From Chrysomallon squamiferum (taxonomy: Eukaryota > Animalia > Mollusca), in NCBI GenBank assembly GCA_012295275.1, contig CM022673.1, forward strand, positions 21,948,001 through 22,012,000: a stretch of DNA of 64,000 nt, given 5' to 3'. The notes under the pieces were generated by a model, which was given only the letters and a program-made list of their open reading frames with translations, was not told the DNA's origin and did no database searches. Both the position numbers and the translations under genes were made by a program. Shown one piece after another: positions 14,034-34,900 of this stretch. Every line of letters starts with the position of its first letter. Within the stretch, counting starts at the first letter, position 1.

Positions 14034-14825
14034 CATAGTTAAAATTGAAAATTAATGTGACATTAATATGGGTTTTTTCTTTTCTATCATATTCTTTGAC
14101 CACTGCATTTTCATTTACTATAAATTGAGAAATGCCTAGGTCTGTAAATGTATCAAATTTTGGACCATAAGAAGATAAAAGATTTAAATATTATCAAAGT
14201 TAAAATATTAACATAAAAATCATAGTACAGCTTGTACAGATAATTAATTTAAAATAAGGTTCATAAATGCTACATCAGTCAGATAACTATAAAATATCAC
14301 AATCATGACTTCTTAAAAACTTTCCAAATTTCTTAGCTTTTCAGATTTCAGAATTTCAAATAAAGGTCTTCAACCTGTATTAACATGAAGTATCAATATA
14401 AATAAATACTAATTGTAGAGTTAGTTTAATATACAAATCTCATTAGGAAGAGATTTATAAAAATGCTAAATGATATTAAAACCCATTACGGAATACCGTT
14501 TCAAAACACCGCTTGATAATAATTCCATACTGCAACATGAACAAATTATTTGATTTTTTATATTTGATAGCAATACTGGCATTACTACTATATAAATTAC
14601 ATTTCACGAATTTTTCGCTGAAAAATGAAAAACCAAATTAATTCGAAAAGAGAGAATAATTAATATTAAGATTTAGTATTATCTACAATTCAGAATTATA
14701 ATGCAAATAATAATTAATATATAATATATTATATATATCAGAAAAGTAATGCTGAGATAATAACAATAATAATAATAAAGCAGCCCCTTATATGAAAACC
14801 ACGTCCGTCTGCTGACTCTGTAATA

Positions 14826-14879
<54 letters not shown>

Positions 14880-15032
14880 TTTTTTGTTTTTGTTTTGTTT
14901 TTTGGTCGAATTGCGACTATGAATACTGATAGTGACAGCGTCAATGTGACAATTATTTTAACATTACTTGCAGAGTTTTTATAATACTTTACAGCTAGAT
15001 ATACTTTACCTGTTTGTTAAGTCACCGCTCAT
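9212..15032 (-). CDS. CATIP: Ciliogenesis-associated TTC17-interacting protein, ~451 aa
   Basis: Exons (minus): 15010-15032 (MSGDLTN), 13665-13960, 12802-13046, 12411-12497, 12061-12121, 11510-11613, 10796-10920, 10270-10346, 10005-10093, 9212-9460. Sum 1356 nt, phases consistent. Motifs: [77 protein letters not shown] (RIIa/DD-like C-terminus), matching recalled CATIP/C2orf62. Confidence 0.9.
14300..14380. mobile_element. Decayed Tigger/MER2-like terminal fragment in CATIP intron 1
   Basis: ttttcagatttcagaatttcaaataaaggtcttcaacctgTA resembles recalled MER2/Tigger-type termini (…ctcaacctg-TA). No matching partner end was found. Confidence 0.3.
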
Positions 15033-15146
15033 GACTTGTGATTAAAAGGTAAATTATAAACGCATCCAAATGTGAATAATTAAACGCCTGGAGATATAAA
15101 CTTGATAAATCTGCTTGTCAAACATAAAACATGGCCGACCCGACCT

Positions 15147-15160
15147 GTCACTATGGAAAT
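15147..15160. promoter_or_regulatory. RFX X-box-like element (GTCACTATGGAAAT), with an adjacent ETS-like ACTTCCG, in the CATIP promoter
   Basis: Near match to the X-box consensus GTNRCY-ATGGNAAC, ~115 bp upstream of the CATIP ATG. RFX control of ciliary genes is established. Confidence 0.5.
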
Positions 15161-15281
15161 ATTTACTTCCGTATTATTAGAGAGTTACCTTTCAAGGGAA
15201 TTAATTTGTATCTCGCTATACTTAGTAAAGATTTGAAATTTTGCTATGACGTCCCACTGGATTTAATGGGTTATTATTAAG

Positions 15282-15285
<4 letters not shown>

Positions 15286-15341
<56 letters not shown>
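15286..15341. repeat. (GT)n microsatellite
   Basis: Direct reading. Confidence 0.95.
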
Positions 15342-15343
<2 letters not shown>

Positions 15344-16141
15344 TTGTATTTTTTTGTATTATTTATTTTAATTTATTATTAATATTATTATTATTATTAT
15401 TATTATTTTAATGTCAATATTCTTTTCTTCTTTCATATCACCTTTATAATAATAACTCGTATATAAACGACACCTAATGATCATTCCTACTGCAATGTAG
15501 AGGCGTCCTTTTTTATACATTTATGCAGTCGTTACTACATGATGCATTATATAATTTTTCATTAATAACTAGAACCGTTTTAAAACATATTAATTAATAT
15601 CACTATGCACTTTTGTCTGCAAATGACTACCCCGTATATCTCGCCTGACACCTTATTCAAACTATTTAGCCTCTCAGCCTATTGTTATAACATTACTTTA
15701 ATTCTCCTTCTCCGTTTTTAAGTAACATTTCATTACAGTCTATTTCAGTCATACCAACGGCGGTGGAATCCATTTCCCGCTAAGATTTTCGTACGATAAT
15801 CTTCTATTGCTTGCACGTGTTGCAATAAATCTGCCGCTTGATACAAATAATAATAATAATAACAGTGCAAAGCTTTTTTATTGCAGTTTCAACAACGACA
15901 TATGTGAAAAGGATGTAAAATATTTTCTATACTGAGCATAATGATAATTTTGAAAAATAAATGACTTAACGTTGTAAAAATGTGTCGGTTGTTTTTATAC
16001 TAAATATCAAAATTTTAAAAATTACTAAACGACCAAGATACTAAGGACATGAGTCACATTTAAAAAGGATTCTCTGCCTCCACTTGGTTTTTGTTATTCA
16101 GAATTCGGATAGTGCTGTTTTAGTTGCCAGAACGAGACAAG

Positions 16142-18284
16142 ATGGCTTTACGTGTCAAATATATTTTTTATTTTTGCGCTTTGTGGACTCTCGTTGTTTT
16201 CCTGTCATTGTTTAAATCTCTCCCTAGCAACCAGGACAGGCCAGTGATTGGAGTTTACGAACTGATAAAAGGTCGAAACAAATTACATAAAACTACATTG
16301 TTTTCAGGACTTCATGTTCAACATCATCAATTACGTACCTTTAATCAGAGTCACAAAAAAGACGGACTCAATTTATTTTACCCAGGTTAGTAAGTATATA
16401 TTTATGAAACTATATTTTAGCTGTCGTACTGTTAGTAAGAATAAAAAAAGTTATAAAATTGAACAACTTAAAATTTTTACAGATCTTATAGCAATGCCAA
16501 ACGGTAAAACGTGGCCGAGCGCTTATGGCACTCAAGGTTACGTGGTCGTCTAGTGAATCCAAGCTTCACGGTTCACTTCAGATGAATCAGTGCATTAGCA
16601 GTATGCATATGCTTTACGCATGCTTTTGAACAAACACTAAACTACAATCGCGTACATGTAGCTCCGCCTGTTGTGTAATATGCATACAGTAGTACGCGAA
16701 CGTTTTAATGTTGTATTAAATGTAATACATAAATTAGCAAGAATGTAAAAAAACGAACGTGCTTGAATTATGTTATTTTATGCATATGTTGATATTTGAT
16801 GACAGCATTTTGCAGCCTTTAAGAGTAAAATAAATTTAAACACATTTAAATATAAATTAATATAGGTTATGGTGGAGAAGCGGTTCATGTGGATCCTTCA
16901 AATCTCTCCCCACAAGACAAGCAGAAATACGACGCAGGATACAAACTTCATCATTTTAATCAGTTTGTCAGTGATTTGATCCCGCTTCGCCGGACATTAA
17001 AGAATGTCGTTGAGCCTAGGCAAGTACTCCAAGTTATACGTTGTTAACATGATAATATTCAAAACTCATCTAACCGTAAAGCATGTGCAATTAAAACAAC
17101 TGATCAAATGTTTGTAAAGTTATGAACAGTTATCTTTTCTACGCGAGTGTATTAAAGTGTTTGCAAAATTTTCTAATTATCTTTTTCTAGTTATTAAATT
17201 GCATTTCAAACAATAAGCAAATTCGCTTCCGTTACTTTATGCAAAGAAAAGTTTTTGTTTGTTTTTGTTTGTTTATTTTATGTTTTAGATTTTCCATTAC
17301 TTAGATTAATTAAAACTGATTATTGTTCCTTTTTTTTTTTTTTTCGTTTAATTTAATTTAATTTAATTTAATTTTTAAATTTGATAAATCCTAGATGTAT
17401 GGAAAGAAAATACAACTTGGAATCTCTCATGACGACAGGCGTTGTTATAATTTTCCACAACGAGGCTTGGAGTGCACTGCTGCGTACCGTGCACAGTATC
17501 CTTGACAACACTTCGAGTCGTCTGCTCTCAGATATCGTTCTTGTCGACGATGCTTCGACCCTTTGTATGGGATCCTTTAGTGAAATAGCGTGTTTTTCAC
17601 CTTCATAATTTATTTGTGAAAATATTTTACTGTAATTTATGGGATATCTAAGACTATTTGAATTATTGAAACTTGATAGCTCCTTCTTATTCTATTTCTT
17701 TATCTTCGGTTCAAAAAGCAAAGAACATTTTTCTTTTTTTTTCTCTGATTTCAGAAACTATATTGCATTATACATGTATTATATTGTATTGTATTTTATT
17801 CTATTGTACTGTACTGTATTGTATATTAATAATCACTGTATGTAGTGGTACGTTATGATGATTACAACTTTCAGGAACCATTATTTTTTTGTATTATGTA
17901 TGACTGCAGGATAAAAGAAATAACTGGTTATTGTCCTAAGGTTACCAGCTTTATTTTGCTCAGTCGACAGAGTCTCGCTGCAGTTCAACATTCTAACTTT
18001 CACAGGATAAAGCTGATACATTAAGAAACGAGATATTCTTATATTATATTATATTATATTATATTATATTATATTATATTATATACAGCTGAACTGGGTC
18101 GGCCTTTAGATGACTATGTACTACTCTTGGACAAGGTGAAGGTCATTAGAATGAAAACGCGTCTTGGATTGATGGTAGCTAGAAATAAAGGTTGTCTCGC
18201 TGTCACAGGCCAAGTCTGTGCATTTCTCGACTCTCATTGTGAAGTAGCGCAATGTAAGTTATCTCCCTTCAGACGGTATACGCT

Positions 18285-18341
<57 letters not shown>

Positions 18342-18518
18342 CAACGTCGAACAAAGAAAGAGGGAGAAAAAAGACGAAAGAATTAAAATTAAAATAATAA
18401 TAATAAAACAAGAACAATCAGAATTAAATAAAATAAATGTTTTTAATCCTTCTTTATGAAATATAATGTATGTTCTTGTTTATTTGTTATTATTATAGTT
18501 GTTGTTGTTGTTGTTGTT

Positions 18519-18557
<39 letters not shown>

Positions 18558-18830
18558 ATTATTATTATTATTAAAAATAATTTAGTATGGCTTGAACCAC
18601 TTCTGGAGCGAATATATTCAGACAGCAGAATTATGGCGGTTCCTTCTACAGATTACATTAACATCACAACTTTCCAGTACGTCGTGTTTCCGACGGAGCA
18701 GGCGATGAGAGGTGGCATGGATCTTGACATGTATTTCAACTGGATCCCCCAGTCAGAATCAGACAACCGCCGGCGTGTAGACGTTTTGAACCCCTTATGG
18801 TACAGATAATTACTTTAAAATGGACATACA

Positions 18831-18897
<67 letters not shown>

Positions 18898-20626
18898 GCG
18901 GGCTTTTTGTTTGCTGTTTTTTAGATTTATCATTATTATTGTTGTTGTTATTAGTAGTAGTAGTAATATTAGTATTAGTATTAGTATTACTTCATTAATA
19001 TTATATTTCTATGGTGTAGGTCTCCAACTCATCTAGGATGTTGTTTTGCGATTTCTAAAAAAACATTTCTTCATCTTGGAATGTATGATCCAGGTCTCAG
19101 AATATGGGGCTGTGAGAATATTGAGCTTTCGTTTAAGGTTTGATATTTCTTATAGAAAATCATTTTCTTTATTGAGCTTCAGATGGTTACTTACTGTCAC
19201 TGTTACATTGTTATATTTATACATTATCTGAAATTATTAAATTTAGACCAGAGCTATTCACATTGGCTTAATATGCAAGTCACGCTTTTATTAGATTCTT
19301 TCAAATTTGCACACGTACACACATACAAATTTGTACACAAACACACACACACAAATTTTGTTTTGTTTTAATAGCTAAAACATATAGCAGAAAAATATAG
19401 GAAATATATCTGTAATGATTCATTTCTTCTAAATCTAGGTTTGGATGTGTGGTGGACGTATAGAAGTGTTACCATGTTCTCATGTGGCGCATTTGTTTCG
19501 GTACACCGCTCCCTGGAGCTGGGATACAGACGATCTCGATCTTTTGTCAAAGAACTGTCTGCGAGTATCCGAGGTATGGATGGACGAATACAGAGTTTTA
19601 TATCACGACAGGATATTTAATAGGCAGGCGAGTGAACATTTATTAGAATAAAGTTATATAATGTTATAGAGCAATTTTATTAAATTATTATATAAAAATC
19701 TGAAATCTCTAACCAAGAATGGAATTCAAAAGCTTATCCACTAAAGATAGAAATATATAAATTTTGATATAAAAGTTCGAATGTTTTTTTCTAAAGTATT
19801 CAAAGAAAAAATAATATATTTAAGATTTAGAATTTTAAGTACTTCCATTAAAGAAACTTTTTAAAATGAAATTAAGAAAAAAGATCTGCCCCCAGGAACT
19901 ATAATTATTAATACAATGGTACCTTGACTTACGAGTTTATTTCGTTCCATGACCGAGGTCGTAACTCAGTTTGCTCGTATATCAAATCAATTTTCCCAAT
20001 TGAAATACCATTAATCCGTTCCAGCCCCCCAAAACCACCCCCTTTTTGTAACATGTTTTTAAATAAGAAAAATATATTTATAAATGACAAATAGTGTATA
20101 AAAAAAATAATAATAATAAAAGAGAATGTAAAGAAATAAATTAGTTTGTAAAGTGTTTTTATCTTGGAGATCAGACAAATTATTTTAACGCCTGTTACAG
20201 CCTTTATCGACTTCTTCAGCTGAAGTATGGTACATATCGTAGAAGTACTACGCTCGTACTGCCTAGCCAAGTCGACTACAGGCTCACCTCGCTCATGTTT
20301 TCCTATGAATTCAAGCTTTAATTCATTGGAAATCATCTGCTTCTTCTTCTCAGCACTGTCCTTTGCACTCACTTTCTTAGGATCCATGGAAATTTGGCAA
20401 AATATTGCACAAAACGCGAACACAACAAAAATGCTCCCGTGGCGAGGTAACAACGTGAAGTAAACTAGTGAGACGCGGGATGCTGGGCGGATGTTGTGTT
20501 GTTCATTGAGTCGACTAGCGGCGGCATATCTGAAGCTCGCACGTAACTCGGATTTCAGCTCGCAACGCAAAGCAATAAATCGACCGAGCGACTACTCGGA
20601 AGTCGAAAAACTCTTAATTTGGGTAC

Positions 20627-20668
<42 letters not shown>

Positions 20669-22155
20669 CTATTTTATTTAAAAAAAAAAAAAAAAAAAAA
20701 ACTGTAACCAAAAAAGCAACTTTTGTTAATTGTAGAAAGAACTAGATTTTGGAGACGTATCCAAAAGAAAATACCTTCGCAAGTCTCTGCAGTGTAAATC
20801 TTTTCACTGGTATGTGACAAATGTTTATCCTGAACTTTACATTCCAACAGGAGGCAGTGCACACGGACAGGTAAGTTTCTATTGTTTTAAAGTTTATGCT
20901 GGCAAAATATGATGTTATCTTGACAGTTTTAATTAGCATATCGGCGAGGTTAATCTTCGTAATAATGATTGTGGTATGGTATGAAATTAACAATATACCA
21001 TCTTTCAAAATGTAATCTAATATGGTAGAATTATAACTAAATTAGGGATTTTAGGATGACAATTATTATTATCATTAAAATCATTATTTTTAATATCATC
21101 ATTATTTTTATTATTAATAGTAGTAGTAGTATATGAACTACTCATTTGAAACAGACTGATTCCATCAATATTTTCAGAATTATAGATAGTTTATGTTAAA
21201 TTCTAACCTCTTGGTCTACACAGAACAAAACTATATTCAACAAGAAAAATGTTTTAAAAGTATATGCTACTATCAGTATAAATATGTATTTACAGTATCC
21301 GCAAAGTTTTATGAATAAGAATAATTCTAACTGTAAAAATCTTTTCAAATGCCCATTCACTACAACTCAAAACAATAGAAATATCATGCGAAAGCTTCGT
21401 TATCTATTTTAGAAACAAACGATTAACGGCTTAATTTTGATGAGATTAAAAATAGTCCACTAAATGTGGTAAGATAAAGTCAGAGTAATAATTCCCTATC
21501 TACTTTTGTATAGATAAAAAACATGAATAAGAAGAATCTTTGTTTACAAACTCCAGTCCACCGAGTAGATTATGGAAAACGAGTTGTTGTCGGGCAATGC
21601 AATACACATGTACTTATACAGGTATTTATTTCTTAGTTGTATTTAAATCATTTTGATTTTTAGTGATGTTTATGTAATAAAGAAATATTCTTTATAATAA
21701 AATTGTTTAACGATTTCACTTCAGTAATACATAACTTATTAAAAATATTTAATAGATTTAGATACGTATGTTACTGTTACGTTTACTATGTATGTAATTT
21801 CGATAGTAATTATTAAATAATGCTATTATAAAGGTTTGTTGTTGTTTTATACTTTTTCTCTTTTCCTTCTGATACTGTTTCTACCATTCTAGTAATATAC
21901 TAATATTCATCTGACATCTAATTCATTATTCTTCCCTTAATTCATTATTTCCAACTACAACTACTGCAACTGTTGCTACAATAGCACTTCATACTGACAA
22001 AGGAAAAGACCATAAGACGCGACGATGGATGCCTCGACTACGACGGAAAAGAATCAGTCATCGTTAAAGACTGCCTAACGTCTGGAACTTGGGGTTATTC
22101 ACAAGTAAACAGTTTTAGTATACATTTCAATTAACAGTTTTATATTATTGCAGTT

Positions 22156-22241
<86 letters not shown>

Positions 22242-22475
22242 GCTTTCTCATTGTTTTAATGTTGGTAAATATATTTATGACATAATCTATAAAAATATTA
22301 ATTATTGTTTCCTCTGTCTTTTCAGGATAATAAAATTTTTCATATTACATCAGGAAAGTGTCTTAGTTTGACCAGTGGTCAGCCATCTCTAGTGGTAGTA
22401 CTGTGTGATGACACTTCTTTTATGAAATGGTTATGGGAGAGAAAAACAATCACTCTTGACCATAATACAGAATAA
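16142..22475 (+). CDS. GALNT: Polypeptide N-acetylgalactosaminyltransferase (GT27 family) with ricin-type lectin domain, ~588 aa
   Basis: Exons: 16142-16385, 16866-17019, 17395-17564, 18089-18253, 18586-18799, 19020-19137, 19439-19627, 20736-20870, 21514-21621, 21985-22104, 22326-22475. Sum 1767 nt. N-terminal type II TM anchor; [90 protein letters not shown]…CKSFHWY…VYPEL; three Cys-containing lectin repeats. Isoform number not assignable. Confidence 0.9.
18040..18890. repeat. Cluster of microsatellites in GALNT introns: (ATATT)n ~18040-18083, (AG)n ~18288-18338, (GTT)n ~18497-18557, (CT)n ~18833-18890
   Basis: Direct reading. Confidence 0.9.
19914..20631 (-). mobile_element. Tigger/pogo (Tc1/mariner superfamily) internally deleted DNA transposon in GALNT intron 7
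   Basis: TA|caatggtaccttgacttacgagttt … aaactcttaatttgggtaccacta|TA: imperfect TIRs with TA target site. Minus-strand ORF segment [55 protein letters not shown] is the CENP-B/psq-type HTH N-terminus of Tigger/TIGD transposases. No DDE domain. Confidence 0.85.
22159..22238. repeat. (CT)n microsatellite
   Basis: Direct reading. Confidence 0.95.
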
Positions 22476-23347
22476 AATTTTCCTACTTTTATATATATTT
22501 TTTTTAAATGTTTTATTATTTTTTAAGATACATTTACGACCATTGCTAGGGATCGTACGGACAAATGTCTAATTTGTCATAATTACGTTTGTTATAATTG
22601 ATTTCTGTACACATTCAGCCAGTCAGATATATTTTCATATTTATTATAATATTTTATTTGTTGTTGTTTTTCGTTGGGTTTTTTTTTGGGGGGTTGTTGG
22701 TTTGTTTGTTGGGATATTTTGCACAGTGAAATAAAATATAATAATAACTTCATTTGTGGTTTACAACACAATATAGCAAGTTGACATAGGTCAAAGGTGC
22801 ACAGTGATACATTTATAAATGCTTAATTTACAAATTAGCAAGGCCTAAAAGAATTAATTATTGCTGAACAAATGTACCATGGACACTAAAGCGCTCACTT
22901 AAATAGTATAGGATATTTTTAATGTTTTTATAAACAGTAATTTATAGTCATAAAAGAAGTGAGGTTTGTTCCGAAACAAAAAGGTGAAATCATGATTTAA
23001 AATGGTAGTGAAACAAAGGCCAGTTTTAAGTAAAACAAAAACAGTGACGGGAATTTTTTTTTTTTTTTCATTTTTATTGGAACATAATTAAGTATGGTAT
23101 GGATAAAAGAGTTGATCAACAAAAATAACAACCAAGTTCTGAAAAACATTATTATTATTGTTCATTAATAATGTATCAAACATAATTTTTAAAGGGTTTG
23201 TGAATTAATAAAACAGATCTATTTTACGCCAGTATATTTTCATCGATTATGAGACAAACTATTAGAAGAGGTTTTTTTTTTTTTTTTTTTTAATTTAAAA
23301 TATCAAATTTTATAGATTCTTTTTCGTGAAATTTAACACCCTCGCAA

Positions 23348-23382
<35 letters not shown>

Positions 23383-23684
23383 TAATAAAATTATTATTAT
23401 TATTATTATTATTATAAATAAATAAATAAATAATTAATTAAATAAATAAATTAATAAATCTAACAAAAAAAAACATAGTTTTTTAGATAATTAATGTTGA
23501 TATTATTGAAGTATGAAAATGAATTTAGAAAATTTATTATGATATAGTTAAGTCTCAAGCCATTCAGACAGACGCTGGTTTTATTAACAGCTGTCACTAT
23601 ATGATTCCTTTCTTATTTCTTAGACCACTCTAGGTTTCAAGTCTTTATTTAATGTAATATAGTTATTTGCAGAATGTAAAAAAC

Positions 23685-23719
<35 letters not shown>

Positions 23720-23995
23720 TTTATGTATATAAAAATAACCTGTTCTTTAGAAGCCATACTACATCAAATTAACATTACGTGCATTACCCGAATTCATTTT
23801 CACTTTTCCAACGGTAAAAAAAAAACTTTGAAGAAGATAATAAATAGCTGTTTAAAATTTCTTCACCCGGCCTCTTAGAAGAATAAGTTTTAAGTATAGT
23901 TATTAAAACCATTGTTCTGTCACATTTGTTTTGCGTAACCTCTTGTTTTCATTTTCCTTGTCATTGCTTCAGAAATACGCTCGTATGACATTTCA

Positions 23996-31711
<7,716 letters not shown>

Positions 31712-31799
31712 GGTAGAATAGCTGTTGTTTATTTTTGTGTCCGTGATGATCCTGGAATATAAATAACACATTTTTTAAATTTTGTTGAATAACGCCGCA

Positions 31800-31935
31800 A
31801 GTATAACACTGATGTAGTTGGAGGAAACCACCTGACGCGATGGTCATGTCTCTTCTGTGTAGCAGACAGGAATATTTAATAGGAAAGCCGTCCTGCTGAC
31901 GGGAATTTGATCCCTCTACCTAACTCGCTTCATCT
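31800..31935 (-). mobile_element. Degenerate tRNA-derived SINE remnant
   Basis: The minus strand has a B-box-like ggtagagggatcaaattccc followed by ggtggtttcctcc, a common SINE body motif. Heavily decayed. Confidence 0.3.
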
Positions 31936-34900
31936 CTTCATTACGATGGAATTATCTCATACAAACGATATTCACGATATATGTAAATTAGAACAAAATA
32001 AATATACAGATCTTAACATTTTCATTATTATTCACTGAAAACAGTTTAGTATCCATAGCCAAAGAAAACTAAGATTATACTTTTAATATCTACGCGGATT
32101 ATTGTAGCTTTTGGTAAATAAGCGTTGTTGTCTGGATACCAGATTTACACATTCATTTTGATGATAACTTTATATAGTTATTAATCAGTAACATTACAGC
32201 AAACATACTTCACGACATGCAGATGCGAATGAAAATCACGTCTGCAGTTCTATTGATTTTATATATCAATAGTTCCAGGAGTACGTTTTACGGACGGATT
32301 TTTAATTATCGTCATTTTATTTATTTATCTATTTACTATTGATATTTGTTAGATTTCGAAGCGAAGACATATTACAACATTTAAATCGACACTCATGATG
32401 CTACCTTATAACAAGCTTTCTGCTACCTGTTCGCATTATCTTACAACAACAAACAAACAGAAAATAAAAATGTATATATAACAATGTAACCAGTTCAGTT
32501 AATGTGAAACTTCTCAAAACTCAGTTCTCGCTAAAGAAGAATTTACTCAAAACCGAACGATTACCGCGGTCCAATTATTTTTTGTAAAATGTAAAACATC
32601 AGTAAACGAAACATCAATCCATCCGAACTTTTTTCTTGTTCCGACAAGTTTTGAAAAGTTTCACCATATGATTATGTTTCTTATAATTAACTTGCCTCCC
32701 AGTTGCACGATGTACCCGTAATGACCGCCTAAAACGGACTATTGAAAATGTTCGTATTTACTGAATCGTTATTACTGTTTGACATCCGATTTAATTAAAA
32801 TACACAACTGGATAAAATTAATATCATAGTAAAAATTCATTACTTTGAAAAGTTCACGACTAGCACAATGATAACATGAAATTCTTCAAGTCAAAACAAT
32901 CTTATCTTGTCAAGGTAGTTAAGTGATATGTCAAAGTCCTGTGGTTGTGAAATTAGTTTTTGTGTGATAATAACTTCACGCCAAAGGAATGCATCACTGT
33001 ACAAAGGAAACAATCAATGGGAATGTTTTGCAGATTTTTAGGATCCTGATTAAAAAATACTTGTATCTTCTACCACGCATGTAGTCAGAAGTTTTCATCC
33101 AGGATAAACAACTAATTTCAGATGGATATAACTTTTTGTTTAGTAATAGTGTTGTTGTTGTTGCCGTTGGTACTATGTATATGTTGTGTGTATGTATATA
33201 TGTTTGTATTTATATCTCTAAATATGTATATTTATGTGTATCTTTGTATCCATATATCTGTATTTGTCTGGGGTTTTTTTTTTTTTTTTTATCTATCTAG
33301 CTATCTATCTACCTGACTTTAAATTATTCTGAATTACTTCAGTTAAGTAAATAATGCTGGAGTGATCTGCTTATTGGAGAGGTGGTAATGTCTCAGATAC
33401 AAGATAGTTACTACCATTCACCTAAAAACTGTAATCCTTTCCTTTTCTCAGTCTTATTTTTAGTTTTTATTTTGCGATGGAATACAAATAAAAAAAAGTT
33501 CCTGTTATTTCTGATAATGGATGTTTTTTAAAATCTCTGTAGATTAGAATGTCTGCTTACTTTTAAGATTTCTATTGTTTTAAATTAAACTGACAACTAT
33601 TTGATTAGTGCTTTAGCTGTTTCAGCTAGAAAGACATTTCTGAGGCAATAGTACGTTATACAGTTCATGTATGTTAAAGTACAAACGTGGTTATGCATAA
33701 TTGCGTTATAGCTATTATACCTATTTACTTTAATTAAAAAATACAAAGCTTCAAGGTTATAAACATAATAAAATACTTGACTGTAGAAAGCATCATAAAC
33801 ATTCTTACCTTAGCTGAAACCAAAACAGAATGAAATCATCGAAGGCTTAATAAACTTAATGTTTACATATATATGTATATATATCTATACCCTGCTAAGC
33901 AAAGTTTAGATTTAATGTCAGTATCCACCACGACAGAGCAACTAGTTTGGACTTTATGTAGATTTTCTTGTAATCGGTCACTACTTGTAAAATGTTAACT
34001 TTTCTTCTTATAGAAACAAAGGTATGGTGGAGGAAGTATAATTAAGTTATCTAGCAAATATAAACGGGTTATGTTGCCAAATCCATGAGTGGGTCATACA
34101 AAAGTCCTTTTAATTTACTGTTTGTTTTATTATGATTATTGTGTTTATAAAATTACACACATCTTTACATATGATTTCTGATTCAACAAAACTCCACTGT
34201 TCTTCAGTAAGGGCAGCATAATCTAGTTTTATCAGTTTCATTATGTTGGTCAGTTTGTTAGAAAACTGGCATTAATATAGTTATGGAAAAAAATAATAAA
34301 CAAATAAATAAATAAATAAAATATATGCACAATTTTAACACACTTGTACTCTGGCGACGTCGGTTTCTGTCAGTTCTTAAGAGTTGATATGTCATTAAAA
34401 ATATGAATGCATATTGCCACATTATCATCGATTAATCCAGAGATTAACTGGGTTTGTTCAGCAAACATGATACTTCATCCATGCAAAAAGAAATCTGAAG
34501 ATAGATGTAATTGTTAAACTGATACAATCAAACTTCGTTATAAGAGCAACCTGTATCAGAACCATCACAACTAATCACGTCGAAATTACTTCATCCTGAT
34601 TACTATATAACAGTACATTTATTTTGTTTTATGCACCGTTGTTATAACCATTATTCTGGATGACTCATTCTTATATAAAAAAAACAAAGTAAAATAACCT
34701 ATAATCAAGCTAACGAGATTCATTTGTAATAAGATTTAATAAATAAATAAATATTCTTTATTTTAAAAGAGATTCGACAAAGCTCTTTCTCACTGGTGTT
34801 ACAAGGCGTATTTGTTTATCTTTGGTGTGTTTAACCCAGTTCAAAGTACAGTCAGTCCTCTTTATAATATCACGTGGTAAACGGTTATCTCCGTTTATTG

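Noticed and set aside
16508-16562. TGGCCGAGCG A-box-like sequence suggesting a tRNA
   Set aside because: No cloverleaf or proper B-box can be built; at most a decayed SINE head.
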